Assembly: GCF_009617975.1 (NCBI RefSeq)
Contig: NZ_CP040089.1
Span: 780,001 to 812,000, forward strand
DNA from: Candidatus Nanohalobium constans
GTDB lineage: Archaea; Nanohalarchaeota; Nanosalinia; Nanosalinales; Nanosalinaceae
DNA length: 32,000 nucleotides
Direction: 5' to 3'
The notes below the pieces were generated by a model. It had not been told where the DNA came from. It searched no databases and saw nothing but the letters and a program-made list of their open reading frames with translations. Positions 31,216 to 32,000 of this stretch are shown here, piece by piece. Positions within the stretch are counted from its first letter, which is position 1. Each line of letters begins with the position of its first letter. A program made the translations under genes and the position numbers.

Positions 31216-32000
31216 TTACATTTCATCAAGAGGTTCGATCCCCAGTAGCTCAAGTCCTTGATCCGTAACCTCTACAAATGTTTCAACCAATTTGACCCTT
31301 CGTTTCTCAATCTTTTCTTCTACACCTGTTACCTGACAGCTATGGTAGAAGCTGTTGAACTCTTCTGAGAGATCTGAGAGATAGTTAGCGATTTTTGCTG
31401 GTTCTCGCTGATCGGCAGCAGCTTCGACTTTCTCCGGGAACTCTGAAAGCTTTTTCAACAACCTGTATTCTTCATCTTCCAGTGTTCCGACAGTTTCTCC
31501 TTCTTTTTCTGTTTCTCTAAGAATGCTTTTGGCTCGTACATTTGTGTACTGTAGGTAAGGACCTGAATCTCCCTCAAAGTCCAGTACATCATCCCAGTCA
31601 AAATTTATATCTTTAGACCGTGAGACTGAGAGATTAGCGTACCGGATAGCACCTAGACCTACTTCTTCCGCGTTGTCGACATCTCTTCCTTCAATTTCCG
31701 CAGCTTTGTCAACTGCTTTATCCATAAGGTCTGATAGTCGGATTATATTTCCTTTACTCGAGCTTATAGAACCATCCTGAAGATGTACCATGCCATAGGA
31801 GATGTGTTCATTCTGGATTCCTTCTACACCAAACATTTCCGCTATCTCGAACAACTGCTGGAAATGGAGGTCCTGCTCGTTAGCTACTATATAAAGGTTG
31901 TAATCGAAGCCTTCCTCCTCTCGTTTCTGTATGTTAGCGACATCCCGAGAAAGATACAATGTAGATCCATCGCTTCTCTTAACGACTGTGTTCGGATATT
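31216..32000 (-). CDS. argS: arginine--tRNA ligase, C-terminal part (the gene continues beyond the window)
   Basis: The frame stays open to position 32000 and reads ...VVKRSDGSTLYLSRDVANI..., the ArgRS Y.TRD.A motif. It continues with YIVANEQDLHFQQLF....., the MSSxKG-equivalent ISSSKGNIIRL, the DALR anticodon-binding region, and a C-terminal ...LGIEPLDEM. The TTG 'start' at 31959 in the ORF track is internal. Confidence 0.9.
   Translation of the reverse strand, partial: YPNTVVKRSDGSTLYLSRDVANIQKREEEGFDYNLYIVANEQDLHFQQLFEIAEMFGVEGIQNEHISYGMVHLQDGSISSSKGNIIRLSDLMDKAVDKAAEIEGRDVDNAEEVGLGAIRYANLSVSRSKDINFDWDDVLDFEGDSGPYLQYTNVRAKSILRETEKEGETVGTLEDEEYRLLKKLSEFPEKVEAAADQREPAKIANYLSDLSEEFNSFYHSCQVTGVEEKIEKRRVKLVETFVEVTDQGLELLGIEPLDEM

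Noticed and set aside
1-32000. Search for CRISPR arrays, IS elements or transposases, rRNA genes and toxin-antitoxin pairs.
   Set aside because: There are no regularly spaced 25-40-nt direct repeats, no DDE, tyrosine- or serine-recombinase-like ORFs, and no rRNA-like conserved blocks. The 43-aa ORF at 20480..20611 has no partner gene that would make a TA module.

Overview
This is a densely packed archaeal chromosomal window, moderately AT-rich by eye. Nearly every credible ORF encodes a strongly acidic protein, and the housekeeping genes are clearly archaeal: Topo VI B/A, FEN1, aIF-1A, aEF-1beta, RIO kinase, KH/Dim2-like, NMD3-like, deoxyhypusine synthase and ArgRS. From this I infer a salt-in halophile with a compact genome, possibly DPANN or Nanohaloarchaeota-like; that assignment is inference only.

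Order of features:
- a small pilin-like, Cys-rich gene pair
- gpmI
- two tandem hyper-acidic coiled-coil proteins
- fen
- an unannotated 43-aa zinc finger
- ef1b
- tRNA-Arg(GCG) with a 184-nt intron
- msrB
- a membrane protein/DUF192 pair
- the NMD3/aIF-1A/Rio/KH/TopoVI block
- a signalling island: stand-alone REC, small Zn protein, duplicated about 70-nt promoter-like module, HxlR-REC-HalX fusion, and REC-PAS-GAF histidine kinase
- tRNA-Asn(GTT) with a 60-nt intron
- a putative lipoprotein
- a COG1373-type AAA ATPase
- a two-gene surface-protein operon (1296 aa and 468 aa)
- a roughly 700-nt non-coding gap with GC-rich hairpins
- an SDR, a DUF892 protein and dys
- tRNA-Phe
- the 3' part of argS

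I saw no rRNA, CRISPR array, integrase or transposase.

The most unusual items are the long hairpin-dense tRNA intron, the HxlR-REC-HalX regulator with its duplicated operator-like modules, the hyper-acidic coiled-coil pair, and the surface-protein operon. All homology calls rest on motif recognition by eye; no searches were run.
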